Shown in pieces: positions 40,900-57,460 of a DNA stretch of 64,000 nucleotides. The first letter of the stretch is position 1; the number at the start of each line of letters is the position of its first letter. A program made the translations under genes and the position numbers. This DNA is from the human T2T-CHM13v2.0 reference genome, Homo sapiens: assembly GCF_009914755.1 (NCBI RefSeq), contig NC_060933.1; one strand, 5' to 3'. A model generated the notes under the pieces. The model had not been told where the DNA came from. It did not search any database and worked only from the letters and a program-made list of their open reading frames with translations.

Positions 40900-42440
40900 A
40901 CAGAAAACACCAATTTGAGTTGCAAGCTGAACTAGCCTAGCTACTTTTTTTGTATCGTATTTGAAAAAAAAAAATTACTGAAAATCAAACTATGATTATA
41001 TAGACTTGAGTATAGAAAAGACATTTTCTCAAAAATAAACAAAGTAAGCCTGTCACTTCAAGGAAGACAACAGACAGTATTTGCCGCCCATAATAAAATT
41101 TGAGCTTTCAAGTGAAAATTAGAATTTTAGAACATCTGTATCTGCCACCTTGAGCTTGACACCTTTCCATAACTTGAATTTGTTGATAAGACTGCAACTG
41201 ATATCAGCAAGTATAACTTTTGTATATTATATAATGAAATGAGAAATGTGATTTTTCCATTTTTCAAATTTTCCAAATGACCAATGAAATATAAATTAAG
41301 CTTTAGTTAAAAAAAATTCAAAGAGCAAGATAGACAAATAGATTTTCCTGTAGTAGAGAGTGAAATACTTATTGATTTGGTTTCAGATTTCACAGTGATA
41401 TAGGAGTTAAGAAGAAATTACTTAGGCAGATAGCGAGGGTATAGTCCTTGGTAAGGTTTTCCAGAAAAGCAGCCCCAAAATCATTTTCTTCTCTAACAAA
41501 GAGCAGCCTGTGAAACTGAGCTGCAGACATAAACAACCAAGCTGTAAGCTTGCACAGGTGAATGCCAGCAGTTGTGCCCACTGGACTATACTACCTGGGA
41601 CTAGGCATGTTCAAAATGGTGGCTACATCTTCTCTTTTTGCCAGCCATGTGTACAGTAAGGAGCAGACAAGATGGCAAGAGCCAAGTGGAAAGTCCACTT
41701 ACATAATAAGATTACAGTGGGGTGACCAGCCTTCCCCTCGAACCGTGTAAACAACATCACACCTGGTCAAACCAACCGGAGAGCCCTACGTAAATCAGAC
41801 ACCCCCTTCTCAAGCCCGCCTATAAAATATGCTGCAGTCGGCTGCCTTGCCCCTTCTTTCGGATGCCTCTCTCTGGCAAGGAGCTGTTCTCCTCTCTCCT
41901 TTCTTCTGCCTATTAAACTTTTCATTCCTCAACCCACCCACATGTGTCCGTGTCCTTAATTTTCTTGGTGCAAGATGACGAACCTTGTGTATTTACCCCA
42001 GACAACAATGCTACTTCAACAGTGCAACTAAACTTTAAGAAAACTCCACAAATTTTGATGCACTATCAAAGAAGGATACCACAATTATCTGAAAAGCTGT
42101 AACCCTCCCTTTCCCAGCTTACATATCTGTGTGAGGCAAGATTTTCTTCAAAAACATCAACTAAAACAGCAAATCCAAACATTGAATGCAGAAGCCGATG
42201 AAAATCTAGTATTCTGCTATTAAGCTGCACATTAAATATATGTGCAAAAATATAAAATAGTGCCACTCTCCTCAATTTTTAAACATGTAATGGGTTTACT
42301 ACTGTGATTTTTAAATAAATAAATATTTAAAACACTTCTGAATTTTGATTTCTAACATGGCATATATTGATAGATAAAACCATATGAACAAAAGATTTTT
42401 GCAGACCTTAATAATAATTTATGACTACAAACTGATCAGG
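40900..42440. mobile_element. Charlie1-type hAT remnant, host of the LTR
   Basis: gagttgcaagctgaactagc...gcctgtcacttcaaggaa; ggtttcagatttcaca[LTR]gtgcaactaaactttaagaaa...tgtgtgaggcaagattttcttca. Confidence 0.72.
41396..42018 (+). mobile_element. Solo ERV1 LTR, LTR9-family-like
   Basis: TG...CA termini, 4-bp TSD acag (41392-41395, 42019-42022), TATAAAA at 41821, ATTAAA at 41912. Confidence 0.88.
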
Positions 42441-42679
42441 AAACCAAAATGTTTCACAGGATATATGTCTTGAGAATAAATTCTTACTTAATATCACCTA
42501 CTAATAAATATCATTACCAGAATACAAATCTGGATCAGGTTTGTCTCCAACTACTATTAGACCACGCTGCCACAATCTGAGATCAGATAATCATAAGAAG
42601 CCCTCAAATCACCCAGAAATCCTTAAACTATATTCACTATGCTGTGTAAGAAGAAAATAAAACAAAAAATATGGAGTTC

Positions 42680-42870
42680 TATGATTAAGATCTAGGCTCT
42701 GGAGTCCAGCCTGCCTGGCTCTACCACTTAACCTCTCTATAACCCCATTTCCCTATCTATAAAATGAGGAAAATCATATTACCGACTTTATAGTATTGTT
42801 GTAATGATGAAACCATTAACTATAATAGAACTAGAACAGTTCTGGGCACACAGTAAGACTTTATGCTATG
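42680..42870 (+). mobile_element. MIR
   Basis: ggctctggagtccagcctgcctgg...ccccatttccctatctataaaatgagg...ctgggcacacagtaag. Confidence 0.65.
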
Positions 42871-43953
42871 ATAATTGCTATGATATGATAAATGATGTAC
42901 CTTTTCAATGTCATTGCTAAGAGAAAAAGTAGGGTCTCCAAAATAACTTCAGTTATTTGGTTAATTTACTTAAGTTAAAAACTAGTTGTCTGGCAAGGAA
43001 AGATAAATAATGAATGACAGTTTTGAATATTTAAGAATACTCATGCATTCATTTATTAAGCAATCAGTTTTAGAGCTTAAGTATCATATAAGGTACAAAG
43101 TATTTAAAGATGAATATGGCATGGACTTTATGCCAAAAGTGGTAAATGGATGTCAAGCAAACCTGAAATACAATTAATTCTAAGGCTCCTTTTTATGCTT
43201 GTTAAGAACAAATGGCAAGTGGAATGTAGCATATACCACAGTCTAGGCATGTGTGTTTATGCATATTTACAGAATGTCTTTTCTTTATTTAAATCTCAAC
43301 AATTCTGTGTTTTCTTAGCTAAATTTCCAAGAGAAAAAAATTTAAAAAGTGTAGCTTGAGCAAAAATTATATTCTTATCAAGGTATGCTGAAATTTTCTA
43401 CATCATAGTGGGGAAGGTATCAAAATTAAGTAAATTAATCTATTTGAAAATGGAAGGCAAATAAGTAATTTAGAAACTGAAAATTTAAACAAACAACATG
43501 TTAGAATTTTTGCAGTGTTTTTCCTATCAGTCCCACATTTCTAGGAGACAAACTGACTCACTGTTCACAATCTGCTTAGAGGAAAATAAAAATAAAATAA
43601 AGCCTTACAGAGAAGTATAATTATATAGGAATGGACACATGAAGACTGATAATATTTTGCCACATTCTCTCTCCATTCCACTATTATCTTTAACCAGATC
43701 ATTCACTTTAACTTTAAAATCTAGCAAAATTGTTAATATAACCAGAATGAAGTACTGGTTTACGTTAAAAAGAATCTATGATTAAAATCTGGGAGAAGAA
43801 TTTATAGGACATGGCATATTTTAAGTTAATGAATTTGAGTTTAGATGATGTTTAGCTGAAGTGCATTTCTCTTCAGGGATGCTATTAACAGTTTTTCCAT
43901 CTTATTTGTTCATTAACACAGAGAACTAAGGATTCAGAAACAGTGTAACATAA

Positions 43954-43991
<38 letters not shown>

Positions 43992-45591
43992 CTGGCTTCA
44001 GGGTTAGACAGACCTCAAATTCTCTTAAGTCTATCAATGAATAATTGTGTGGGTCAGATTATGTTATACAAGCTAACCCCCAATTTCCTCACTGGATAAA
44101 ATGAGGACAAAACCTACCTCCTGGAACTGATGGACTAGTTAAATGAGGCAAAGTCTATAGCACATAAGGGCTTCTTGAAAGGTAATTGTTGTAGCTTCAA
44201 GTGAAAAATAAGGCCTATTAGTCTTAAATTTGGAGGTTAAAAAAAACTCATTTAGGTTATAACCAGTAAATTTCACATTTTTTTCCTTCTCCTCCAAAGA
44301 CCATTTAACATTGTCACAAAAATACCATACAATTATCACCATTTGCTGTTTTAGACACACATGCATAGCCAATAGCAAGATGGTGTTGCATTTTAATCCA
44401 GCACTGTATAAAAAGCTTGAACAGTGCCTTCTTGCCCACGGTAAAACAAAAATTTTAGTCCCTTCAATGGCTCTATATTTACAAACTTTTAGCTAAAGGA
44501 ACAAACATTTAAAAGCTGTTATTGTACCAAAAATAAAGTATTTGAAATTCCTACAGTAAATAAACTTTACGGTAAATGTAAAAACATAAGAACCACTCAT
44601 TCTCTTTTAACTTCTCCTAGATAATGCACACTAGAGTCTCGAGAAATAGATACTTTGCTGTCAGGTGGCTACAAAGCTCTATCATAAAAGTAAAACTATT
44701 TCAGGTGTAAGAAAGATCATTTTCATTTTCACAAGTAACAACAGCTGGGAAGAGTTCCACTCCATTTTTAAATAATTCTTGTTAATGAAATCAAAGCATA
44801 TTTCTTTCGTTCTGTCCTCCTTCCCCTACCAACACCAAGTCATAACTTAACCTAGACATTCTTGGAAAGACAGTAGTCATCTCCCCTTTACTGATAGCAA
44901 GCATATAGGTGAATCATCCTCCTTTCGGTCTCAAATTAGAAACTATAGGGAAAGGGTCATTTTTAGTTTGTTATTTATATAAGAAGAGAGGGAAACACAG
45001 GCACTTCTGCTCTTTAAGATATGAATCAAACAAAACAGTATCTTTCTGATTGTCAAAGTTAAAATAGAGCAAGAAAATGCTCAGTTCACAAAGTTTCTCA
45101 TTTTCCCATCACTCTAAAATGATAAATGTAAGAAATTATTTGAGCTGCTGCTGTTGCTACTTAAAAGCAACATACCTCAACACTTTGGCCATGAACTCTT
45201 CGCAGTCGTACAAATCTGTATCTACAGAATAAAGACTCCTCAGACATGTCCTGGTATAGTGTGTGTTCCACCTAACAAACTCTGCTTACCTCAGATATTT
45301 GAAGCTGAACCTCTGAAGTACACATTGACTACCTGACTACCTACATTTCTAGGTTTTCTAGAATTTGCTCCTGTTTTGAGCATCAGAAAAAAAAATTCAC
45401 ACAGAGTGTATATTACTTGTGTGGCCTTGGGCAGAAAAACCATTAGTAAATTAGGATGTGATGCTGTATTCTTAGAATTAGTAAGATGAAAGCAGCATTA
45501 TTTTAAAGAACAATTACTATATTTCACAATTATAACTGAAGATCTTACTTATCAAAATGTCATTAAAACCACTACCTTAATTTTATGTTAG

Positions 45592-45878
<287 letters not shown>

Positions 45879-46150
45879 TGTTAGGATGATTTTATCATGT
45901 TAAAAAATGTGAAGAAATAAAAAACAAAATGATTGCTAAAATAATGTACATACTAGAACAATTAGAAGACAAAGTTAATACAATATCCAAAAAAAAAAAT
46001 GCAAAAGAACAAAGGTGATTAACCAACCAACAAATAAAACATCTTACTTAAAAAGGTTCTTCACAGTCTGGCTCCATAGTTTCCTCTCCTGCCAATACCC
46101 CTCATATAATCTACTGCTCTGATAATATAGGTCTGCATGGGGCTCCATAC

Positions 46151-46378
46151 CAGGGTTTCTCAACCTCAGCAATGCAGACATTATAAGCCCAGTCATTTTT
46201 TGCTGTAGGAGGCTGTGCTGTACATTGAAGGATGTTTAACAGCATCACTGAACTCTACCCATTACCTGTCAGTAGCAGCTCCCGTATCTTCCAGTCACGA
46301 CAGTAAGAACTAACTCCAGACATTGCCAAGTTTCCCTCGGGAATGGAGAGCATAAAATAATCCTGTTGTGAACTGCTC
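46151..46378 (+). mobile_element. MER20 (hAT-Charlie)
   Basis: cagggtttctcaacctcagca...ggatgtttaacagcatc...ctccagacattgccaa. Confidence 0.8.
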
Positions 46379-49300
46379 TGTATCCCTGTAAACATTGCTC
46401 TCTCTACCTGAAATCATTTCCCCCACCTCTGCAGAACTCATTTTTCAAGACCCATTTTCCATGCTGTTGCCTCCACTGTGAGGTTTTCTTCTAGTAAAAG
46501 TTACTCATTCCTTCTTTACTATTCACCTTCTTTGTTTTCTTTCTGTTCTATTTTCCCCTCTAGATAGTGAGAACCTCCATCTTATTATTCTTTGTATTTT
46601 TATTAATTTTAGATGTTCAACAAAGCTTGATTATTAAATGAATATAAGAATATGAGCCTCCATGAGATAACCCACCCATTGCCAAGGGAAAACTGGTTCA
46701 CTGAATCCCACATTGAACAATACATAGTCCTTCAGTTCTATCTCTTTTTTTTTTTTTGCTTTGCTTCTAGGAAACAAATTAAATGACATACTCAATTTTA
46801 GTAACCCAAGGTCCTTGGTATATCTAGTTATGTGACTTTTTTTTTGGTCTTTGTTTAGGTTTACATTTGAATCATTCATTATTTAACAAGTCTTGCCATT
46901 AGAAGTTGCTTCAAATTCTTTTTGAAATGTAATTAACAAAAACTTACATAGAAATATAAAACCAAAATTTTACATCATGAAGATCTCATTTCACGAAAAA
47001 ATTTCAAAAAAAGATCTAATTACTCTAATCAACATTTAAGAGTAATTTTCAACCCTGATCCCATGTTAACACAGCATCTCTACAGTTATTTCAAGAGTTG
47101 TCATAAAATTTCCAAAGAAAAGTCTGCCTTAATTTTGTGTGCATACACATTACGCATCTAGATGATATATGTGTAAGCCTACACTTTTTGGGAGGAAAGT
47201 AAATGAACTAAAAACCTGGAAATATTAAAGAAACACCAACAACAAAACAATAGAATGCCACACTCCAAAAAGTCTGAAGGTCATTGACGAGGAGAGACCT
47301 CCTGAATATTCTGTGCTGAGGTTTATTTGCCATCTAAGCAGCTTTTGCAGCCTGAGTCATCTACATTATTTCTCCAATCTTGGAATTGGTCTCTGTTGCC
47401 ATAGCTTTAAAAATAATCTTAGCAATGTCGATTTTTAAGTATTGGTCCTAAATTTCTATTGAAATTAATCATTTTAATTCTCAGTTTTCCTACAGATAAT
47501 TCAGGGTAAAAAGATTAATTTAGTGCCACTGGTCAATTCTTAAGGCAACGCAATTAATTAATCAAGAGAGTAGCATCCACCTATACTGGACTGGAGAAAC
47601 TTCATAGAATAAATATGCAAATCCAATATCCTCAAGGCTGACAAGTTTCTATTATTAAACTGCTAACGTGTTTATTTCCCCCACAATAGCTGGATTTTTG
47701 TCATGAATACGCATTAAGCCCTGTAGTGATTAGCAGTGATGACTAGGTGACAGTGAGGACACTACTTGAGAATTTGCATTTGACAGATCATTGACACACA
47801 GTCACAGTTCTTTTTTTTTCTCTTCACTTAAACAGGAATCATGCAATAGGAAATGAACCAGAGCTATTAGAGATTATTCAGGTTTAATAGCATGCATCCT
47901 TTTAGCTGGCGTTAGAACAATACACAATGTGGCAGAGTTAAACAGAGACATCAATTATATTCTCAGACCTGCTAATATTTTTGACAATATTTAAATAGCA
48001 CATCCCTTCAGGGCATGGCTTTTTTGCCCTCTCAGTTACACACCTGTCAAGTGTTTAATTTGCCAAAGGGAAACAGTTTGATTTCTAAGGGCAGTCTTAA
48101 TACTGAAGAAGCAAATTGAAAAAATTAAACATTATTGAATAGAAGTAATGAGAAGGATCTGAGGGGAAAAAATTGTAGGCTTAATTCAACATGGTATGTC
48201 AGCATCTGTCATTAATACAACAATATGATCATGTTCTCCAATATGCTGCATATACCTCAAGCTTTTCAATTATTCAGTCCCTTTACTTCTAAAAAAAACA
48301 GGAGACTGATGGAGAGGGAGAATCAGAGGGTCGTATTTTCTAATAATAGTAAAAAAGATGGAGATAGTAAATTGCAGCTGTCATGCATATAAAATTATAC
48401 ATTTGAAAACAGGTAAGGTATGAGGTAATAAATATAAGCTAGCCATTGGTCAGATTTGTGTAGCCACTGGTTTAAAAGAATAAATTTAATTCCTCAATTC
48501 ATTAATTATTAAATTATAATTATTAATAAATCAGCAGTTGGTAAACTACATAGAAAATTTAAATCTGACATGACAAAACTCTAGAGTACTTATATTTAAA
48601 TTTTAGAATAGAAACTAATATAAGTTTTTAAATTTTTACTCTAGTCATGTAAGAAAGAATCTGGTAAACAAATGGAATTGAATTAGTAAAGAATGGAGAT
48701 TTAAAAAACGAATCACAGACACTGTAAAAAGTTATTAATGATTTTAAACAAAAGAAAATTCTTGGCATCTAGGGTTCAACTTTCTACCTTTGAAAAAAAA
48801 AAAAAAAGAAGAAGAAGATGTGAGACAGGCTCCAAAGAAAACTGAGTTCTAGTTCTACTCTACTCTTATAATCAAGTCACTTAACCTCTCTAAGCCACTG
48901 TAATCTACAGGGTATAAACTAGGTGTTTTCCTTGGTCCCTTTCAGTATTAGTTTTCCCCTGTATATGAACATGTGATCAAGGAGCCCAAAGTCCAAAAAC
49001 ATGTAAGACATGTCTCATAGAATTCACAGACCTCACAATTTATGTAGTCTTAAAATATATCAGTTGTCTATCAACAAAATAATAAGATAATGCTGTAGTT
49101 GGTCTCGGTCTCAACAAATTTCCAAGTAGGTTTCATCTGAATCACGTGGGACCCAAATAGTCTCAGAGCCCATATTCTACTTCCATATGGAAATGGTAAA
49201 ACAAGCTTAATAGGCCGGCCTATTTGTCCCCTCCTTTCATGAGACACTGTATGCACAAATAACTATTCCTTTTACATTAAGACTGTCTACAACGGAAATT

Positions 49301-49549
49301 TCAAGTTATCTCACTGGGCCAGTGGTATATCCCAACAGACTTGCTAGCACTCTTTTTGTTTCAACTTTTCTTCTCATTCTAATCATGTTTTCACATAACA
49401 TATTAAGAATAGAAGATATCTGTTCAACTTCTTTACACTCTCTGAAAAAGCAGATAATTTCCACAACATAATTATGCTTTTATTTGGGATACTGGTTTCT
49501 CCAAAAGCTTACCAATCCATTCTGAAAACCAGTACTGAAAATCAATCTT

Positions 49550-49904
<355 letters not shown>

Positions 49905-51017
49905 TTAAATTCATGATCACGACTTTTAAAACCATTAAATAGACATTTACTATAGAAAGGTATTTGTGAAGATTCTTCTTGACTTAACTTTTTTTGCTAC
50001 AAAATATTTAGATTAAGAAGTTATATGACATTAAACAAATTCATTCTCTCTTATTACTATTTGTTCTTTTGCATTAGCCACACTTTGGGTTTTTTTTAAC
50101 TGGAGCTGTTCTTTCACTCAATTATGAAACTAATCTTCAAGTTTCATTTTTAACCTTATAAGGCAGAATATTTGCTAGCAAGTCATCTATAACCATTAAA
50201 TTAATGCTAAAGACATTAGAATGAAAACTAACTTGGATTGAAGGCATAATGAGATTGACTTCAAACCTTGAAGATAACATTTTTTAAATATTTTTAAAGC
50301 ATAGAAATGGTGATTAAATTAAGTAAGTTCAAAGAACATCTGACTTCAGTTTTCATTCTGTCATTGTGAAATGTTTCAATTTTAATATAAATGCTAGGAC
50401 TTTTTAATGCTCATAATTTTTACAGAACAAAAAAGCACTGTGTTACATTTAGAAGTTCTAATGTTTATCACCATCTGAGCTGTCATGGAAGCAATTGCTA
50501 CTTACACTCTTTAAAGAAGTGAGAATTGCAATTCCTCTAACTGATGACAATGTAATTATTCCTTTTACTGTCAAAATAGAGGTGATTTCCCTTCCTCATA
50601 CACATGATTACACATGCAAATCCACGCTTATCTGAAATCTTGTAAGTATACTGAATGTCCGAATCTGAATGAGCAAGATCACATGAACAATGAGCCTCAG
50701 TGATGATGGAAACTAAGTCTACAGCCAACCATCCTAAACATATTTTTATCATCCGTTTTTCCTGTAGAAACTCATTCTTCAGCATCCACACAGCTTTCAA
50801 CACAATGTCATATCATCTACAATATACAGCAACAACCATTACAAAAATAACTAGGAGGAAAAAAGCCACAGTGAATCTGAATGTCTCATTTGGAGGTTTA
50901 AATGACTTCATTAACTATTCATTAACACATAGAAAAATCAGCCTTTCAGAAAAACACAAGCCTTTCACAAGATCTATGCCATGTCGTGAATGCCTGCTTG
51001 GGTGAATGATGTCCTAC

Positions 51018-51184
51018 CTGGTCTTTCAGCTGCTGTACAGAAGTCTGAAGGCTCAGAATCTGACTGAAGAGAGGGCTCTGCAGGACTGACTTCAGAAGGC
51101 TCAGTTTGTCTTCATTTGCTACATCCCCACGTTCTCGCAGCTTGGTTTGCAAGCGCTCTGCTGCATGCAGGGCCCGATTTTTGT
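51018..51184 (-). CDS. MPDZ: MPDZ exon 3, L27 domain (167 nt)
   Basis: DKNRALHAAERLQTKLRERGDVANEDKLSLLKSVLQSPLFSQILSLQTSVQQLKDQ; ggtatag| acceptor, CAG|GTAGGA donor. Confidence 0.97.
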
Positions 51185-51327
51185 CTATACCAAAGAGCAG
51201 CATTTGTCAATAACAGGATTCAAAGGACACATGTCCAGCCTAAGAGGACTCCATCTTGTAGAAATTCTAAAACTATTTCTATTGAGTGCATAAAATTGTC
51301 TCTTTTAAATTGAATAAAAAAACAGTA

Positions 51328-51627
<300 letters not shown>

Positions 51628-52071
51628 CCTGTAGAGAAAGTACACATTTTTTAATGGAGTACAAAAATACAAAACTGAATACTTTTTAATATTTTAAATC
51701 TTTCTCCAAAATTAAATAGCAAACAAAATAGCATATTTACATCTGCTTCAAACCAAATCAATTCAAATAATTATTGAACACTGTACAAATCAGACACAAA
51801 GTTGCTAAAAGTAAATATATTGAGTAACTATGTCCTACTAGTCCTAGTGTCTTACAAGCATACTTACGCCAGACAGTTTCCACCACAAATAATAGTTAAA
51901 AACCTTTCCCTGAAACACAAACATATACACTTACACACTCTTATATGTGAAGCCAAAATTTTTTTTTAATGAAGACTGTTCAGATGTATTACTTAGATTC
52001 ATGATGGTAACAAGTATATCTATTTAAACGTATTTGCCATATCCCAGTAATGTTAAAAAGTGGGAATCAGT

Positions 52072-52358
52072 GGGGCGCGGTGGCTCATGTCTGTAATCCC
52101 CGCAGTTTGGGAGGCTGAGGCGGGTGGATTACTTGAGCTCAGGAGTTTGAGACCAGCCTGGCCAACATGGTAAAACCTCATCTCTACTAAAAAAAAATAA
52201 AAAAAATCAGATGGGTGTAGTGGCATATGCCTGTAATCTCAGCTACTCAGGAGGCTGAGGCAAGAAAATCCCTTGAACTCAAGAGGTGGAAGTTGCAGTG
52301 AGCCGAGATCATACCACTACACTCCAGCCTGGGCGACAGAGTGAGTGAGACTCCATCT

Positions 52359-52403
<45 letters not shown>
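52072..52403 (+). mobile_element. AluS with about 44-nt pure A tail
   Basis: Dimer; flanking ggaatca repeats. Confidence 0.92.
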
Positions 52404-52407
<4 letters not shown>

Positions 52408-52497
52408 GAATCATCACCAGAGATACTTTCTATAGCACCAAATCTGAAATTGCACAGAAAGAGGGTAATTAAAATATGAATTGATGTTGATCATGGG

Positions 52498-52499
<2 letters not shown>

Positions 52500-52535
<36 letters not shown>
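52500..52535. repeat. (CA)n microsatellite
   Basis: Seen directly. Confidence 0.95.
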
Positions 52536-52539
<4 letters not shown>

Positions 52540-53696
52540 TAAACAAACAATATTTACTCATATGCAGAATTTTAAAAATAAATGATAAAGATACACATGA
52601 GCATCTTATTCTGTTATATGTCCCATGTTATCACAGGATACAAATCTAATATTAATTTCCACATCAATTTTTAGAAAGTGTGCAACTCAGCACAAAACAG
52701 AATAAAGACTAGAAAACAACAGTTTAAATAATTCTATATTTGCCCTTTCCTTTCCACTTTCCTATTAAGAACTTTCCTATGTGGACTAGTAGTCTTTACA
52801 GCATGTGGGTTTAGTATAAAATGGGAAGTGAAGGAAATGTACATACGTACATTTTCATTACCAGCACAGTACCAGGAACAAAAGTCATCATAGTGATCCC
52901 ACGACCACAAAAACAAGTCCTTCTCCCGTTACTGTCACTGACTGTCACTCTATCCCTCAAAACCCACCGACATCAAGGTATCTGCCATAATGATTAAGGT
53001 GCCAGAGTGAAATCCAAACACTTTCCATTTAGTCATACCCAAAGAGTTACCTGGAATAGGGTAAGGAACTAGAATGTCAGATAATTGCATGTATTGTACC
53101 ATACCTGATATATCTACCTGTAAAATGGTTCTACAAACTAGTTTCTTTAAAACTAAAGAGCAGTGGGAAAAACAGTTTATTAACACATGAGTCTGGGAAA
53201 TCTAGATATTTCAACCTAAATTATCTAATGTAGAAATTAAACTGCCTTAAAGCATAAGACTAAGCAACATTTTTCTCTTTATCAATTAATAGCAAGAGCT
53301 CAGTAGAACTTCACCTGCCAGAAGTAAAAGTAATATCTTCTTTCAGTATTAAAAATACTGCTAAACTTCCAGATGCTTTCCAGAAATAGATATTAACCAG
53401 AATTAGGCTCATAAATCAGAATTGGGCTTACATTAAGCTTTATTAAAACCCATAATTGGAAGAATATCTCATATGTTTTTAATTTTTGCTTATAAGTAAC
53501 GTATTTTTACAACACTTTAGATGAAATTGTCCAAATACAGAAACATATTACCTTAATACAATGCTAGTAGGTAAAAACTTTTTAAATCTAGATACCATAG
53601 ACAGAATCCTGCTATGTTAAACACAACATATGTCAAAAATCCCAATGGGAGGAGTTACAATTCTTATAAAAGTAGGCAGAAAAGAATAAGTCTTAC

Positions 53697-53712
53697 CAAT
53701 GGCTTCCAACAT
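53697..53712 (-). CDS. MPDZ: MPDZ first coding exon (exon 2), coding part MLEAI+1 nt; whole exon 53697-53769 includes 57 nt of 5'UTR
   Basis: Minus strand reads AAAAAA ATG TTG GAA GCC ATT G|GTAAGA. Acceptor ttttttgcacag| at 53770. In-frame TGA 15 nt upstream of the ATG. Joins the next exon to give MLEAIDKNRAL, the MPDZ N-terminus. Confidence 0.95.
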
Positions 53713-54230
53713 TTTTTTCAAAGTTCAGTGTTCTTCTCTGAAATGATTAACAGCAATTAAAATGGAACTCTGTGCAAAAAAGAAATAGAATGGTTATGTT
53801 TTATCAGAACTTTATATTCTAAAGCTATATACTCTGAAGAACACTTGATACAACTCTAATTCCTTTGACCATTAAAATCTTGTTGATACAACTTAAGATA
53901 GTTCGCTTTACAGACAATAAAGTAAACATTTTAGGACTTATTCAAAATTATCTTCTATGTATATATTTACCCATAATACTTGCATAAGGTAAAAGACATA
54001 AATTCTATTTTAAATAAGGTGGCAGAAGTTTCAAACATATTTCCATAAAGAGTTCTCAGTACAGACCACTATAATCTTGTATTCACTTACAGATCTTTAA
54101 GCACAGAATAAGGAGCTTACTTAACTCCACATAAGAAATTCTGTGGCAAAATCATAAAAAGTAGAAAATGTGATCCTGCCCTCAAAGGCTCACACTCCTA
54201 ACTGAGGAGACAATACATGCATACCTATTA

Positions 54231-54568
<338 letters not shown>

Positions 54569-55682
54569 AAATGAATGTGACACTCAAGCAGTACCTGAAC
54601 CACTGGAAGATAATACTTTAAATCACGGATGAAAAACTGAACAAAAGGGAGTATACAGTGTTAAATTTTTCAAAAGTTCTCAAAATACTCTCCTGACTAT
54701 AATGTTCTCCTCTTTCCCATTCAAAGAAATCTTCTCAACTCCTTCAATCCACACATCTCATCTTTCTCTAACAATACTTAACTAGATTCTTTGAAATACT
54801 GGATACAGATCTGCATTGCTAACATCCACGTCACTAACCCATCTTGAGCCTTTGCTGCCGAACAAATCTGCACAGCTATCCCCATAGTTCCATCTCTCTT
54901 TTGCCTCACAGAAAACCCTGAATCATGAGGAAGACAGTCAGTCAGTCATTCCTTCAATAGAGAAAAGAAATCTACCACCACACGTTCTCATTTTTCATCT
55001 GGAAGCAAAATGGAATTTCTCTTAGAAAGAACAAGTCGCCTCCTGTTACCTCTTTAAGACAAAATTCATTTGGCAAAAAGGGAAGTATGTGATGTAGATG
55101 AGCAGATCTACAGAGCATCAATGTCTGCAATTAGCTCTGTGTGATAAGAGAGAACAGTACGTATTGACTTGCCTTATCCCAATGTAGAATATACTATTTG
55201 AAACATCAACTCCATTTCAAATGTTAAATTGTTTAACTACTGGCACTTGTTTTAAAAAGTGCCTTTGTGTCAAGAAAAGAGGACACTGGCTCTGACCTGG
55301 AATTGAAACTTAAACAGAAGTGTGGCCTTGAGCAAGGGACCTATCATCTCAACCTCAGTTTCTTTTAAAACACACTTACTCATTGGGTATATTTTGAAAA
55401 ATGAGATAAAGTATGCCAATTTCCAGCTCATAGCATAACTTGTAACTATGATATATTTATTCAGGATTAATGTCCAGTCAGTATATTCCATATAGATAGG
55501 CATTCCAATGCCGAGCATTGCATTATTTCATGAGGCCTAATATAGGGAAATATTAACAAATAAATTGGTGATTTATTTACTCTTATTTACAAGGAGAATA
55601 TGATACTCCTTCACAAAACAGCCTACTATTAGCCAACCCCCCTCAAAAACAATTAACTTCTGGCAATTAAAACACATAAATA

Positions 55683-56213
<531 letters not shown>

Positions 56214-57229
56214 TTAATCACCCAGGAGGAAGCATGATAGCAATAAAAAAAAGCATGGACTAGAGAGTCTGATAACCTGAATTTAAATTTCAACTAGCTA
56301 TACGCCCTTGTTAAGTCACTTATCTTTTCTGAATCTGAATCTCTATTTATAAATGAATGATGTTTATAACGTTTTGAAAGGATAAAATTATACATGTGTT
56401 TGGTATGCACATGAAAAAAATTCTAAAGATAGACAGTGTTCCTGACATACATGGGAGGTAGACCTCGGATTTAGAAGCTCACTGATTTATGAGAAGTCTG
56501 CAGAGAAAGTACAGCGTAGGCAGTTCCTAATTGAGAAAAACACTGTTGTCCAGAAGTTCACCTACAAGTCAGTTATGTTAAAACAGAATTACTTTTTCTT
56601 CCCCCAAAAAATACACAAAGGTTAAAAAAAAAAAAAAGCCCCCAGATGAGAGAGCTCTACTCTTTTGTATTTCAATGACTTTAAAATTACAGTTTCAGAG
56701 TTTCTTTTCTATGCTTGGATGTCCCTAAAATAAATGCATAGCTTTTTTTGAGATTTTTCAGGGGATTTCACCATTAGCAACCATGACAAAAAAATAAGAA
56801 TTTTTAAAAATTGTTCCTTTCTGTGCCTGATACTCCTGTACTGAGGATTCAGTTCTAATTATAAACAAACTCATCTGTAATCACAAAATTTTTTAGATAG
56901 AGTCCATTCCCTTCAAATTGCAGCCACGAATTCCTCTTGTCACCTTTTCACCACACTACCATTTCCTTTCCCTTTTTGCCCATCTAAACACCATATGGAA
57001 ACTTAAGGATACCTGAGTGATAACAGTGGGTCATGGCCAACTGGCATGACTTAAAGAAGATCCAACATGTCAGAAGAATGGCAAGTTCTGAGGAATTTTC
57101 TTTCTTTTTTTCTGGGCAATTCATGCTAAGCAGTGACAATAATGAATCAGAGAGGCAGAAAAGAGATGAGCTATGGATATGGTAAGAAGGAGTTCAGCAC
57201 TAATGCTGAAGCAGAAGCAGCAATGATAA

Positions 57230-57460
57230 CAGCAAACACACAGCACCTATCACATGCTAGGTACTATTCAAATCATGCTTCCAATTAAGTCCTTTAATAC
57301 TTACACAATCCAGTCACTTTATAACAAGGAAAATGAGGTACAGACAGATTAAGTAACTTGTCTAAGGCCACATCGCTAGTAAGTGATGGAGCCAGGATCT
57401 TAACACAAGCCATCTAGCTCCAGAGTCCACAATTTAATTTCTACAATATGCTGCCTCTAG
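57230..57460 (-). mobile_element. MIR
   Basis: aaggaaaatgaggtacagacagattaagtaacttgtctaaggccacatcgctagtaagtgatggagccagga. Confidence 0.75.

Noticed and set aside
43961-43989. Orphan A29 tract as a tail-only retro-insertion
   Set aside because: No target-site duplication found; simple homopolymer expansion explains it.
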